Below are positions 26,848 through 38,732 of a stretch of 64,000 bases of DNA, in pieces (position 1 is the first letter of the stretch; the number at the start of each line of letters is the position of its first letter). The translations under genes and the position numbers were made by a program. The DNA is from Hydrolagus affinis. Its lineage: Eukaryota. The notes under the pieces are model-generated. The model did not search any database. It saw only the letters and a program-made list of their open reading frames with translations, and had not been told where the DNA came from. Location of the stretch: positions 124,001 through 188,000 of the forward strand of contig JAAILG010000030.1 of assembly GCA_012026655.1 (NCBI GenBank), given 5' to 3'.

Positions 26848-27050
26848 AATCACAGAATCATAGAGTTATACAGCACAGAAGGAGGCCATTCGGCTCATTG
26901 TGTCTGTGTTGGCTCTTTGAAGAGAGCTGCCCATGTCAATCCCACTGTACCGCGTTCTCTACGCATAGCCCTGCGAACTTGTCCTCCCCAAATAATTATC
27001 TACTTCTCTCTTAAAAAATTTTATTGATTCAGCTTGCACCACTTTCAGGC
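26848..27050 (-). mobile_element. CR1 LINE 3' end
   Basis: aatcacagaatcatagag...gaaggaggccattcggc, typical reverse CR1 tail; similar pieces near 27598, 46822 and 49515. Confidence 0.65.
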
Positions 27051-27160
27051 AACATTGGCATATTTAAAATGTGTCAGAAAATGTTAAAGTACAATGTCTC
27101 TGCTGGCTTTCCAATAGTACAAGATTTGAATGAAGTGCATTATGGACCCAAACTGTTTTA

Positions 27161-27377
27161 CAGTAAAAGCCCGTTTATCCGGCACCCTTGGGACCCGGCC
27201 AATGTCAGTTAAAGCGCGTGTTGGATATTCGGCCGAAAACGCAAACATTTTTAAAATATATTTTCCCGGATAAATAATCGGATAAATTTCGGTTAATCGA
27301 ATGCGGACTTTTTTTTTGATGTGCCGGTTATACAGAAGTTACGGTTGATCGGGTGCCGGATATACAGGCTTTTACTG
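27161..27377. mobile_element. Short (217 bp) MITE of the same Tigger-like family as 2975-3688
   Basis: TA duplications; 27-bp TIR CAGTAAAAGCCCGTTTATCCGGCACCC with 2 mismatches; shares subterminal sequence with the long copy. Confidence 0.88.
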
Positions 27378-27804
27378 TATGTAAGCTTGCTCTGGTTTTA
27401 AGTGAAAAACAAATAGTTCTCAAATCAAATCAAGGAAAATGAATTCCCATAGAATTCCCAACATCTGTGGCAACTTTGCCAGCCAGCAGTCGGTCTTTTT
27501 CGGAATTGAAAAGATCGCTAAAAGTAAAACAGATTCAGAAACAAATGTCAAAAAATCCCCAAACAGTAAACCTAGACATAGAGTAAATTATTTTATAAGA
27601 ACACAAGAAATGCTAGACCTAAAAAGGCCAAGGTCTATCTAGTTCGCCTTCCGCCTTCCTGACAGTCGCATGCCGAACTACCTATGTACTGTATCCCATA
27701 ATGTAAAGTGTAGTGACGGTGTGTTTTGTGGGTGAAAACACGGCAGCCAGTTGTGCGCAGCAATTAAGTACTGTATGTTAGTATGTGGCATGTTTCCTTC
27801 ACAG

Positions 27805-27994
27805 CGCAGGACATGGCACATCATGAGGAAAAAGTACTGTTGATGGAGAGCAGCCTGCAGACCACACAAAACCAAATGAGCGATCGTATTGCAGAGATTG
27901 TACGGCACGAACAGACAAACCGCAAGATGCAGGCCGAGTTCAGGGCACAGAAAGATCGGGCGATGAGCAATGACAAGGAAATGGAGGAGGGCAG
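27805..27994 (+). CDS. PMFBP1: PMFBP1-like exon 8 (190 nt, phase 1-2)
   Basis: ccttcacag|CG ... GGCAG|gtaagg; (A)QDMAHHEEKVLLMESSLQTTQNQMSDRIAEIVRHEQTNRK... Confidence 0.9.
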
Positions 27995-28232
27995 GTAAGG
28001 AATTTAAGGATGACTCCTTCGGACCAATAACGATATAAAAGGACGACAGGCTGAGAATGGTCATTTTAGGCAAATTGACTTAAGTATAATATAATTAAAT
28101 ATTAAGTAAATTAACGAAGAATCAACCAAGGGTAGTCCTCATGCAAACCACCTTCTTCTGATAGAGAAATTGATATTAAGTCAATTGTGTGTATCAGAAT
28201 TCTCTGTTGCTGCAACTTACTATCAGTTTCTG

Positions 28233-28544
28233 ATAGTAAAAATACTCGCATTTTGATATAGCAGTTTTCACGTTTTCTAGATGTCTCCAAATGCTTCGCA
28301 GAATATGCTGTAAAATTAATTGACTGTATATTTGTGGGCGATATGCGGCAGCCAGATGCACACAGCAGTGTCCCACAGACAGTCTTTGGGTTGAAATTAC
28401 CAATTTATTACTATTGTTATTTTGAGGGATTATTATTAGGGGTGTAGAGTAAGAAAACTTGCCCAAGGTTTCGGCCTGCCTGGAATTGAACCCAGGTCTC
28501 TCGCTTGTAAGGCGAGTGCTCTAACCACTGAGCTACAGAACTCC
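28233..28544 (-). mobile_element. Young full-length tRNA-derived SINE (Deu-like core, L2-type tail)
   Basis: rc head ggagttctgtagctcagtggttagagcactcgccttacaagcgagagacctgggttcaattcc; ~300 bp; multi-copy in window. Confidence 0.88.
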
Positions 28545-29719
28545 AGAGCACTATTCTAATAATTAACTACTTAATCCAGGATTAGTCGATTGAACTTCTC
28601 TCTCCAAAAAGTGATTTTTGTTTAAAAGCTATCCCTCCTAACCATTCCCACTCACTGTATTATTTTAGTTAATTTAATTATATTTTTGATAACATAAATA
28701 TTTATTTGTAGTTTTTTACACTTGCTTTCAAAAACATTACTTGTCATTTCCTAAATTAAGATATCAAACATCTTCATGTTTCATTAAACTGTTTTTTTCT
28801 GCCTTATCTAAATCTTCCATTCAATACAAAGTCGCCAACAGCAAATGGATACACATTTAATCCTTTCAGTCAAAGCTTTTTAATAATCTGGAATATTTGA
28901 ACCATTAAATAATAGGTATTCACTTCATTGGGTTACCAGAAAGGCAAAATGACATTGGTGGTGGAATGCTTTCCTATCATTATTTAAAGAAAAAGGATGT
29001 CTGCACAGTCAGTGAGCAGAAGTGTTAACTACACAATATGCCAATAAGTATTAGGTTGGATTTAGTAATTAAATGATGGTCTGAAGAATAAACTGGGTAT
29101 TTGTCAAAGCTGAAATAATTCCTTAAGTATCTTCTGCTACACAGCTGGCAAATGTAATTGCTGGTGTATTGATTGTGCTTTGTGTAGGGCTGGTGGCCTG
29201 GGCGGAGGAGAGAGGCATTGGGAGTCAAGCGTATCGATTAACCGTTATAGGAGTTAGTGGTTTGTGATGTTCTGTTTGTTGTTTGGACTTTTCTCGGTGA
29301 GAAATATTTATTTTGACAGAATGAATGAGTAAATACAGTGCAGCATGAAAAATAGCTTCTTGTGACTTCACACATTGTTATAGATGGGGCATTTATCTAC
29401 TGCATTGAACGCTTCCATAGGAATACTCGTGTAACAATAACAATAAATGAGAATGGAATTACCTCACAGATTTTCAGATCAATGACTTTCTTTTTCTACC
29501 AGAACTAAAGCTTTTGGTTGTTCTTAGATGCTAGCCTCAGTATTAAGGATGTTAGCCTCAGGAAGGCAAACATTGTTTGGGTTCCTGTGCTGCGTAGAGT
29601 ATCACAGTAGAGAATCACACTCACGTTGTCAATGCAATGAGTTATTATCTCACTTCACTTATTAGGAGAAATGATAGCTGATTAATTGATTAATTGTTGT
29701 GGAAGGGAGGGAGTGAAGA

Positions 29720-30005
29720 GCTACCAATGACCTCAACATCCTGGTTTGCGAAGATGTAATAGGGGGATGATAGTCAACCAAGGTTTAGCGGCTGATCACT
29801 AGCCATAAACCTCTATTCTCCTACTCGAAAGTCCATGTGTGTGTGTTAGGTGAGAAAGCGATGCCCAGGGTGCGATGCCCTGTAGTTGAACAGGCCACTA
29901 ACACTGGATGAATAGCGAGTCACCCAGTGTCTGTGGAACCATCGCCCCATTAGAAGGGGAAAACAGAGTCAAATGCCTTCAGGGGAGAAGGAGGGGAAAA
30001 TTAGA
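29720..30005 (+). mobile_element. Ancient SINE remnant (possibly AmnSINE2-like)
   Basis: gaaagtccatgtgtgtg...tgcgatgccc...gtggaacc...gccttcaggggagaaggagggg; related pieces near 32600-32780 and 62870; family name from memory only. Confidence 0.4.
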
Positions 30006-30720
30006 TAAAGAACATACAAGAGCATGTATTCTGTCTTTTTTAGTAATGGACTGGACAACCTGCAAATCAATTGTATTTATTTATTTATTATTAATATGAA
30101 ATATCTATTTCTATCTTTCAGCTCCTTGTGTAAGAGCATTTCTTGGGATTACAACAATTGATTTTGTGTTATAAGAATAGGCCTTAGCATGTTTGCTCTC
30201 CCTACTAAACCTTTGATCCCACCATTGAATCTTAATTTCTGCACCAACCTGGTGCAGCATCCCTTCAATCCTACTGCATTAATACAATTTTATCATAGAA
30301 AATGACATTGCTCCTAGCTATGTTTTCCACCACGAGAATGTTCAGACCTCCGTTGGTGTAAAAAGAACTGGTGGATCCCCATGACACAAGGTAGAGAGCC
30401 TTAATGCCACTGCAGGTATTTTTGACGGCCTGAGGTATCAGCATGGTGTAAACAAGATCAAAGACTTCAGAAAGTTATTATAAATCGTTGTGCTCTTAAC
30501 AAAGTCCTCTGCCGTATTTATTCTTTGTTCATAGTGTGTGAAGTGCAGTGAATGAAGGTATATATTAACTACCTAAGTTGTAGTAGTCATCACTTTCAAA
30601 ATGAAGCTGTACTTGGTATACTGCACTCACCGCTCTCCCTCGATGCAGTGGTAATTTATCAGTCTCATACCTGAGTAGTCAGTTGGTCCACCTCAGCCCA
30701 TGCTACTAAAAGGCACCAAG

Positions 30721-30903
30721 CTAACGTAAAGCAAATCTTTCCACCAGGGAGTCATTGGAAATGTGCTTAAGAAGCTCGATTCTCTTCCTAAATCTATTTT
30801 GGAGGAGCTCCAGATGCTGAACAAATTTGTAATCTGGAATCCATGTCTGGCCTCCGTATGTTAGTATTGATTTGATCAAAGATTTATATATTTTTAAAAA
30901 CAT
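30721..30903 (-). mobile_element. RTE-like non-LTR retrotransposon remnant (post-RT region)
   Basis: KIYKSLIKSILTYGGQTW...LELLQNRFRKRI...ISND resembles the YG.ETW ... VSN.E region. Confidence 0.55.
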
Positions 30904-31269
30904 AAAATGTAGATATCAACCAATATTTTCAGGTTAAAAACTGTTAAAAATTTACTGCAAGTCAATAAAAGCTAAGAGAGAAACTTCAACACGGCTAGCA
31001 ACCGAGTAAGAATGTTATTATCTTTCATATGCTGCTTGACTTGCTGAATATTGCAGTTATTTTCTTATTTTCATTTTAAATTTCTAATATTTGCTATTTT
31101 TATCAATATTTTCATGGAATGGGAACCATTGCATCCATAAGATGTGGAACTCTATGTAAACTTGGGTGGGTATCAGTGGATTAAACATTTGAATGAATCT
31201 GAGCAGCTCTAAACAATTCTGCCATACAACATCCTTCTCTGACTACCTTCTCTTACATTAAATATACAG

Positions 31270-31423
31270 GAGACTGATTGAAAAGCTCAAAGCTGAGAGT
31301 ACACAGAGTAAACAGAATCATGAAAGTGCTGTCCAGGCAGGAATAAAGCAACAGCAATCTGTTCACAAGATGGAAGTGGAAGTTAACAACACCAGAGAGC
31401 AGATGAAAATACTGCAACAGCAG
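31270..31423 (+). CDS. PMFBP1: PMFBP1-like exon 9 (154 nt, phase 2-0); not in ORF track on + strand
   Basis: atatacag|G ... CAG|gtaggt; RLIEKLKAESTQSKQNHESAVQAGIKQQQSVHKMEVEVNNTREQMKILQQQ. Confidence 0.88.
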
Positions 31424-31849
31424 GTAGGTCAGTCGGTCAGTGAGCAGAGCTGCAAGTTTAAGGCTATGAAGCAACAACTTCAAAGGCCATTCATAGCATA
31501 GCACATATGCTTCAGGTCAGAGTTCATCACATTACTACATTGACTGTAATAGGTTATCTTCAAAGCAAAGGCCGCTCAGTTCATCCATCTTTTCTATGAT
31601 ACCTTTCTATGTCATCTTTGAAAAAGAGACAGACCGCCTGCAGAGACTCATCTACTGAGTATCCAAACCTTTGAATAAATCCCAGCAGATATATGTTAGT
31701 CTCTTGTCTAATGCAACAATAAGTGTTACAAATATAGAACAGTCATTTTGTTGCATCTTTTTCTGACGTAGTGTTGTGATCGTATAATTTGTGATTTCTA
31801 ACCATTTGCGCTTTTGCTTATCATTAGCTTCCGCCAGTTTCATGTCTCC

Positions 31850-32108
31850 GCTCTTCCAGTCCCACTATCGGCGGACAGGCTTTCAGTCATCCTGCCCCCA
31901 ATTCTCTGAAATTCCATCACACAGTCCCTCTGACTCACTCCCTCCCTCACCTCATTCAAGGTCCATCTCAAGACCTATCTCTTTCACTTGGCTTTTAGTC
32001 ATCTTTCCCCTTCCACACCCTCAGCTCCCAACTGTGGCTCAGGAGCCAGACCTGTGTTAGCACATTGGGATGCCCTCCCATCATGAAAGGAGCTACATGA
32101 ATGTAATT
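31850..32108 (+). mobile_element. Degraded L2 3' end abutting the exon 10 acceptor
   Basis: ggcggacaggctttcagtc...ctgaaattcc...ttcaaggtccatctcaagacc; tail atgaaaggagctacatgaatgtaa. Confidence 0.65.
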
Positions 32109-32126
32109 CTGTATGATATATTTTAG

Positions 32127-32294
32127 GTGCAACAGAAGGATGACATGGGAAAGCGGCTTCGAGAAGAATTAAGCATCGAACAATCAAGGCATCAAGAATT
32201 AGAGAAACAGCTTCAAAAAGTGAGAGAACATGCAGGAGAATTGGAAAGAGAAACCGAAAACATGAGTGAAAAATTGAAAACGAATTTGCAGATG
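32127..32294 (+). CDS. PMFBP1: PMFBP1-like exon 10 (168 nt, phase 0-0)
   Basis: attttag|GTG ... ATG|gtgagt; VQQKDDMGKRLREELSIEQ...KTNLQM. Confidence 0.9.
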
Positions 32295-33267
32295 GTGAGT
32301 ACAGAAGATGACCATTTAACAATAAGTATGACTTGTAGGAGCAGACTATTCACTGGGAGCAGAAATTAATCCCGTTCGGCTCGTGTTAACCTGCAAGACA
32401 CAGTTTGAAAGCGTCAGACACTGTTTTCAATAGCAAACTACAATATGTGGTTTTAGCTGGTTGTACCCCAGCACATACTCGGAATTCGATAAGTATCCTT
32501 CTGGGGAGAAAGCGCACAATTCATTTCCAGACCCAGGGAAATTTCCGTGTTTAGGTGGCAAACATACATGGAATTTTCAGTCTGGTTTGGATACTAGACC
32601 AAGGTGTGGTGATGATTTTTAGACACTCAGCCGGCCAGACATCCTGCTGAAAAATGTGGATGAGTCAAGCTTGGATGTAATTGCTCCACAGTTGAAAGCA
32701 CACCAACATTCACACAGATATGAAGAATGGCCATGTAGAAAAAGTGGCACAGGGTGACAGGTATCACGGAACTGTATGAGTTGAAACATCTTTTTAAAAA
32801 ACAGCACACATTTTATGTGGAAAATGTATTAAAAACGTAATTATTTTACCAGTGGAGGACGGTACTGTACACTCCCAAGACTTTCATTTATTGCGTCTGT
32901 ATTTCTTTTCCTCTACAATGTCTGTTACTGTATCCATCTTAGATCTGTAATTGAATAGAGGATATCTCACTGGTGATATTGATTTTCTCGCAATCCTTTA
33001 CAAGTAAGAAAGATCAGCAACTCAGGAGTACCACAGCCTGTTAGCCAGCTATAGCAGCCTCATGCACAATTAGAAGAATTCCTGGAACTCACTAGAACCA
33101 GTGAATTATTCTATTTGCTCTTTGGGGAAGAGTATTAACAAAGCTTTAAATTCTAGAGTGATCTGCTAGGTGTCACATGAGAATTCACAGATTATATATT
33201 TTTTATAATTCAAATAACCTTTCAGTCAGTGTAATTATCATTCACTCCTTCAAAATAAATATGTTTC

Positions 33268-33568
33268 ATAATAATAATCCTTGAATTTGATATGGTGCTT
33301 TTCACATCTTCTAGACATCTCAAAGCGCTTCACAGAATATACTGTAAAGTGAATTGACTGTATATTTGTGGGCTAAACGCAGCAGCCAATTGCACACAGC
33401 AGTTTCCCACAAACAGTTGTGGATTGAAATGACCAATTTTTCTTTTTTGGACGGATTATTCTTAGAATTATGGAGTAAGGAAAAGTCCCCAAGGTTTCAC
33501 CCTGCCTGGAATTTAACCCAGGTCTCTCTTGTAAGGCGAGTGCTCTAACCACTGAGCTATAGGACTCC
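33268..33568 (-). mobile_element. Young full-length SINE
   Basis: Same head, core and (ATT)n tail as 28233 and 45237. Confidence 0.88.
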
Positions 33569-34844
33569 ATGTTTGTGGGTTTTCTGAATAAAATTGCATA
33601 TTGATTCTTTCCTGGTAATTATACCTTCATTCAAAATAAGTATCAGTTATTGTCAAACAATAATTGTCCAATTATAATGTTTAATAATGGCACTTTTACT
33701 TGTGAACATTAACAAAAATCTCCTAGATTAATGTGAATCAGTTAGCTGCTTTCGTTAATGAAGTCAGTTTGCTCACTGTATTCAATCCTGATGTCATTCA
33801 GGTAACAGAGAAAATTAAATATCTTTCATTTATAATTTAGCAATGGCTCGAAGGGTAAAATTATATTATCCTATTATTTTGCAATGAGTGTGGATTAATC
33901 CATAGAGACAAAAAAAAAAGCATTAAGAAGAATAGAAACCCTTGTCACTTTTAAGTATAGGCATGTTTAAATAGGAATGACAAATTTCAGAACCCAAGTA
34001 CAGAGTGGAAGCCTTGGATTCCACCTTGTTGTACCCAGTGAGATCATCGTTTCCTAAAATTTAAGATTGCGCAGAATTGTGGAACGTTCTTTGCTCACTC
34101 GTAATCCGGATGCCGGTTTCCCACCGGTATTTTAAAATATGGCTTCCAAATTGCTACTGAATTTAAGAATTTTCCAGAACTCTGCACAGTCTTATAAGAT
34201 AGCTCTTAAGACTATTGAGGTTAGGTGGAATTTCAGACCTTAAGTGTCTGCTTAAAGATAACACCCAATTGTCTGGATGAGTTTATTTATATCTTTTGTT
34301 TATGTAAAATAAAGCGTTTCACTAATATCAGCATAGAATTACCATGGCTGGTATTGCGCACACTGCTCCTCTCATATTAAATATATGTTTGGACAGGTTG
34401 CGAAAGGTTAAACAAATAGATGTAAAAGTCAGTAATGAAAACCTCTGGTCTTCAAACACATGCTTCCCTTGAGACAGGCTTACATACAACTGATATAATG
34501 AATAGCTTACTCTGTAGAATAGATCTGAATATATTACCGTTCTGCTTCTGTGATACGACATACAGTATTAACCCTTCAACAGCAAAAACGTATCTGTAGA
34601 CTACATAACATTTCTTCAAGATGGCATTAACCTTGATCCAGTTAACTTTAGACTGATCTTTATTGCATTCTGTAAATAAGCATCATCAGCTGTAAGAGAT
34701 ACAGATTAATAAAGATGTTATAGAACTACAATTATATGCACAGGTCTCTCTATCCATTAGCATTTGAATGTGGACCTGTCATAAGAGCAAACCAAAAAGT
34801 ATTGTACCTAACCACAGCGTATTCAATGATTATACATACAGTAT

Positions 34845-34912
34845 TAGATAATATATATTAGATATATATCTGTGTGTATTTATATATAATATATAAATAT
34901 ATACACACACCA
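34845..34912. repeat. Low-complexity (TA)n/(CA)n tract
   Basis: atatatattagatatatatctgtgtgtatttatatataatatataaatatatacacacac. Confidence 0.7.
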
Positions 34913-35086
34913 CACAGTAAACTTCTCTGAAATGCCATTAACTGTTGGTTAAAGTAAATGTGTGGGTTTGATGTGCAAAATATTATATATACTGCCCTCT
35001 TGTATCAGTAAGAATTTATCTAACGAAAATTGGTGCGAGGAGGAACATTTACATCTAAACTGATGTATCATCATTTTGCTTCCTAG

Positions 35087-35254
35087 CTGAAGGACAAGGA
35101 TGATCGGATTTCAAATCTTGAACCCAGTTTGGCTGAGTTGCAGAGAAAGTACCAGACCCTGCTTAGTAAACATAGAAATTGTGAATCAGAGATGCACTTG
35201 AACAAGACAAGCCTGATCTCAGCTCACAAACAGAACAAACACCATGCAAAAGAG
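35087..35254 (+). CDS. PMFBP1: PMFBP1-like exon 11 (168 nt, phase 0-0)
   Basis: cttcctag|CTG ... GAG|gtaaaa; LKDKDDRISNLEPSLAELQ...KHHAKE. Confidence 0.9.
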
Positions 35255-35329
35255 GTAAAAATTATTACAGGTTTTACCTATTTGTCTAACAGTAGAGGAA
35301 TAAGCTATGTGTAACGACCAGATAAGTTC

Positions 35330-35660
35330 GGGCTCTCCAGCTTCGGCAAGACACCTCTCAGAAGGGAAACTCGTAGAGCTGTAAGATGGTTGATAGGATA
35401 GAGAGAGTAATTGTAGATCAATACTTTCAGATGCTCTCAAGATAGCAGGACGAAAGATCACAGGGTCAGTGTTAGGAAGGCAAGTTTAGGACAGAAAGTA
35501 GGATTTATTTATTTACTTACAGAGCGAGTAGCAAACACAGATGTATAGGGTTATCAGGAAGTGTGGTTGAGGCCACCTTCAGCTCTTAAATAATCACTTA
35601 TTTAAGAAACTACCTGACGCTGCCACGGGTAAGCAGGACCATTTGGTATTCTGGAAGTAT
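35330..35660 (+). mobile_element. CR1 LINE ORF2 3' fragment
   Basis: agcaggacgaaagatcacagg...tttaggacagaaagtagg...cagagcgagtagcaaac...gtggttgaggc, resembling the CR1 RTRGH/FTQRVV region. Confidence 0.55.
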
Positions 35661-37244
35661 GTAGTTGGTCGATGACTGAAATGGTTCCCTCTTGTGATAG
35701 TATAGAAAATTATGAGCAGAAAATATATTTTCATACATAGTGATGTTGCCCATGATTGAAACATCATGGAATATGATATGCAGTACAAGATCAGATAGCG
35801 ATACATTGCTGGCCGTGTTTCATAACCTTCAATAAAGTGTTTCCAATAACATTAGAAGCACAATTAGCCAGAATGCTTCAACCAAATCCGGTAATCTTGC
35901 CTGTGGCAAGGGTAATTTGGGTCAAATAATAAAATGTTCTGAAAATGATCAATAATGTGATAATCACAACAACAAAAACACTTGTACACTTGCATAACGC
36001 CTTTCACGTCAGGAGGATGTCCCAAGGTCATTGATCAAGAATTCTGTGCTTCCTAAGTGTGGAGAGGCAACTCATCAATTGTTGTTAATTTGCTTTTAGA
36101 TTTGTCCTTTAATTGTTCTTTTTTTTAAATAAAACTTTCTGTTTCCTCTTTCCTTTTCCATCATGTTATCAACTGTTTTCTTTCTCCTTGTTTGTCTTTT
36201 CCCTTTATCGTATTTGATTAGATAATATATTTTGGCACTCTACCACCAGTTACAGGACATTTAACTGTAAACATTTTAATGGCTGTGTTTCTCTGTTGAG
36301 TGTATCCGTTTTAGAATGTTATTGTTCTTGCTCAGCTTGTTGCTGAACTGAAGACCAGGGGCACAATGCCTCAAATTACTTAAAGCTGATGGTTCCTCAT
36401 TATAGAATACAAACAGAATAACCAGAGTTAAAACATAATTTGAAGGTAAATCTTTGATTGAAAAATTAACTATATTCATTTGGACTTCATCAGCCTTGCA
36501 TATATTCTAAGACTAACTATGCGAGGTATCTCATATATATACAGGTTTATACGGGAATTGATAATAAACTCTGCCAATGAAGAAGTCTTCAGATACAAGT
36601 TTGCTCCAGGAGCACTGGAAAACTCATCTGAAATAATCACTGCCTTACGCTTTTCTACACAGTGTAAATATTCTACTTCGTTTTTTGAGAATAGGACAAC
36701 AAAATAAAAGGTGCATTATTAGCAAGAATAAATATACAGCACCATTACTACAGAGAGTTTTCTACGTGGATGAGCATCCTGAGTTTTGCATTAAGTTCTG
36801 CCTTGGTGTTGGCACAGTTTGAGATGGTTGAAGCCAAATTATAATGCAGACTTCTGTTTCTTAACTTCTCCAACTCGACAACACTGAAATTTAATCACCA
36901 GCCGGAAACCCCAAGGCATTTGATTTCAAAGCAAAAAATTTCAGTCTCGCTGCAATATGCGTCAATGTACGTATGTGTGCTGAATTACAATGCACATGAA
37001 GGAACCAGACAAGTTAATTTTTTTATATACCAGTCTCTCTGAGTCATGTTATCCTGCAAAAAAACATGAAGCAGACTTTATGAGGGAGGGAAATTGTTTT
37101 TATATTTTGTCAGCAAATAAACACTGGTAAAAGACATCCAAAATGCATTATGTTAAAAATTAGACACTAATCACGGCAACAACATACATTTAAATATACC
37201 CCCTTTTGTGTAAAAGAAACATTTTGAAGCACTTTATAATACAG

Positions 37245-37370
37245 TAATAATAATCCTTGCATTTGATATAGCGCTTTTCACGTCTTCTAGATGTCTCAAA
37301 GTGCTTCACAGGATACACTGAAAAGTGAATTGACTGTATCTTTTGTGGATGAAACACGGCAGCCCATTTA
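37245..37370 (-). mobile_element. 5'-truncated young SINE upstream of exon 12
   Basis: taataataatccttgcatttgatatagcgcttttcacgtcttctagatgtctc... Confidence 0.85.
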
Positions 37371-37682
37371 CAGAATGAGAGTCATCAGAGATAGTTTATT
37401 ATAGTTAATAATAGTTGGCAACATTTTTAACTTTGATCACCAAAGCATGATTAAAATCATATTTGAAAAATATGTCTGTAAGTAATTGTGTCAGTTATGC
37501 TTGTAACTGCGAGCATTAATTCAATTAGCTTTTTCCTGTCATATCTGTACTAATTCATTCTGTTGTCAATCTTCCAGACCTTTTATATTTTTAAGAGAAT
37601 TCAGACTGTCTTTGAAAGGAAAAAAAAGATTTGTTGTCGGTTGCGCAACATTTTCTAAAGCTGTAATAATTCTATTTTACAG

Positions 37683-37850
37683 TTGACTCATTATGAGGAG
37701 ATCGTGGCCAAACTTCAGTCAGAGTTAAACACTTTACAGGATCAAACACGAAAGGGAACCCGGGAGCTGGCATCAGCAGATCAAACCATCCGTGAGCTCA
37801 GGCTAGAGTTGACAACGTCCCAGGGTACACAGAAAGAGACCATGGAGCAG
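37683..37850 (+). CDS. PMFBP1: PMFBP1-like exon 12 (168 nt, phase 0-0)
   Basis: ttttacag|TTG ... CAG|gtacgt; LTHYEEIVAKLQSELNTLQ...KETMEQ. Confidence 0.9.
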
Positions 37851-37980
37851 GTACGTTACAGTACAGACATTATATTACTTCCATTACAAATGTAAGCAGA
37901 CATCACCCTTCAACTTCAGGACCACAGCTATTCTGACCGATAAGATTTGGTTATGAAGGACTTTGGCGCTTAGTCTGAAT

Positions 37981-38185
37981 AATAATAATAATCCTTCCAA
38001 AAATACCAATAATACTTTGGTCACTCAATCCACGACTGTTTGTGGGGGACGCTGCTGTGCGCAATTGGCTGCCGTGTTTCGCCCACAAATAGGCAGTCAG
38101 TTCACTTTACAGTATATCCTGTGAAGCGTTTTGCGACGTCTAGAAGACATGAAAAGCCGCAATATCACATGCAAGGATCATCACG
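37981..38185 (+). mobile_element. Headless young SINE downstream of exon 12
   Basis: caatccacgactgtttgtggg...ctgtgaagcgttttgcgacgtctagaagacatgaaaagc...atgcaaggat. Confidence 0.82.
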
Positions 38186-38189
38186 ACAA

Positions 38190-38525
38190 TACAGAGGTTG
38201 TCCTGCTTGGCTCCTGTCAGCGCCTTCTCACCTCGCCATCAATCTTGACAGGTGCAAACTCCACCTCATGGAGCCAATGCAGAACCTCAGTGTGTTGTTC
38301 GACTCTCAAATGTCCTTCAAGCCCACATCTGTCCTCCTACCTTTTCAGTTTCAGCCCCCCCCACCCCACCACACAACATTATCTGCCTCCCCACTACATC
38401 TCCCCTCAAGCTGCCGAGACACACCTGCTACACCCATCCTCACCTGTCTCATGTGGCCCTTGACTGTCCAGCACCTCTGACATCTTCCCGACCTGAAAGA
38501 TGCTATATAAATGCAATTGTTGTTT
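38190..38525 (+). mobile_element. Internally deleted L2 fragment
   Basis: EVVLLGS and QNLSVLFDSQMSFKP motifs, then tail tgaaagatgctatataaatgcaattgttgtt. Confidence 0.7.
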
Positions 38526-38564
38526 AAAGCATACTTAGGAGGCTGACGTTGACTTATTTTGCAG

Positions 38565-38732
38565 CTGGGTGAGAAAAGTAGGGAGTTAGCAAACTTAAGG
38601 AACGATATTGGCCGTGCTCAGCAGAGAACTACTCAGCTGGCTGAAGAAAATGCAGCCAATGAGGAAAGGGTGAGAAGACTACACGAAGACCTGAAGAAGA
38701 TGCAAGCGCTAAATTGTCAAACAGAAGAGGAG
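38565..38732 (+). CDS. PMFBP1: PMFBP1-like exon 13 (168 nt, phase 0-0)
   Basis: ttttgcag|CTG ... GAG|gtaaga; LGEKSRELANLRNDIGRAQ...CQTEEE. Confidence 0.9.
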
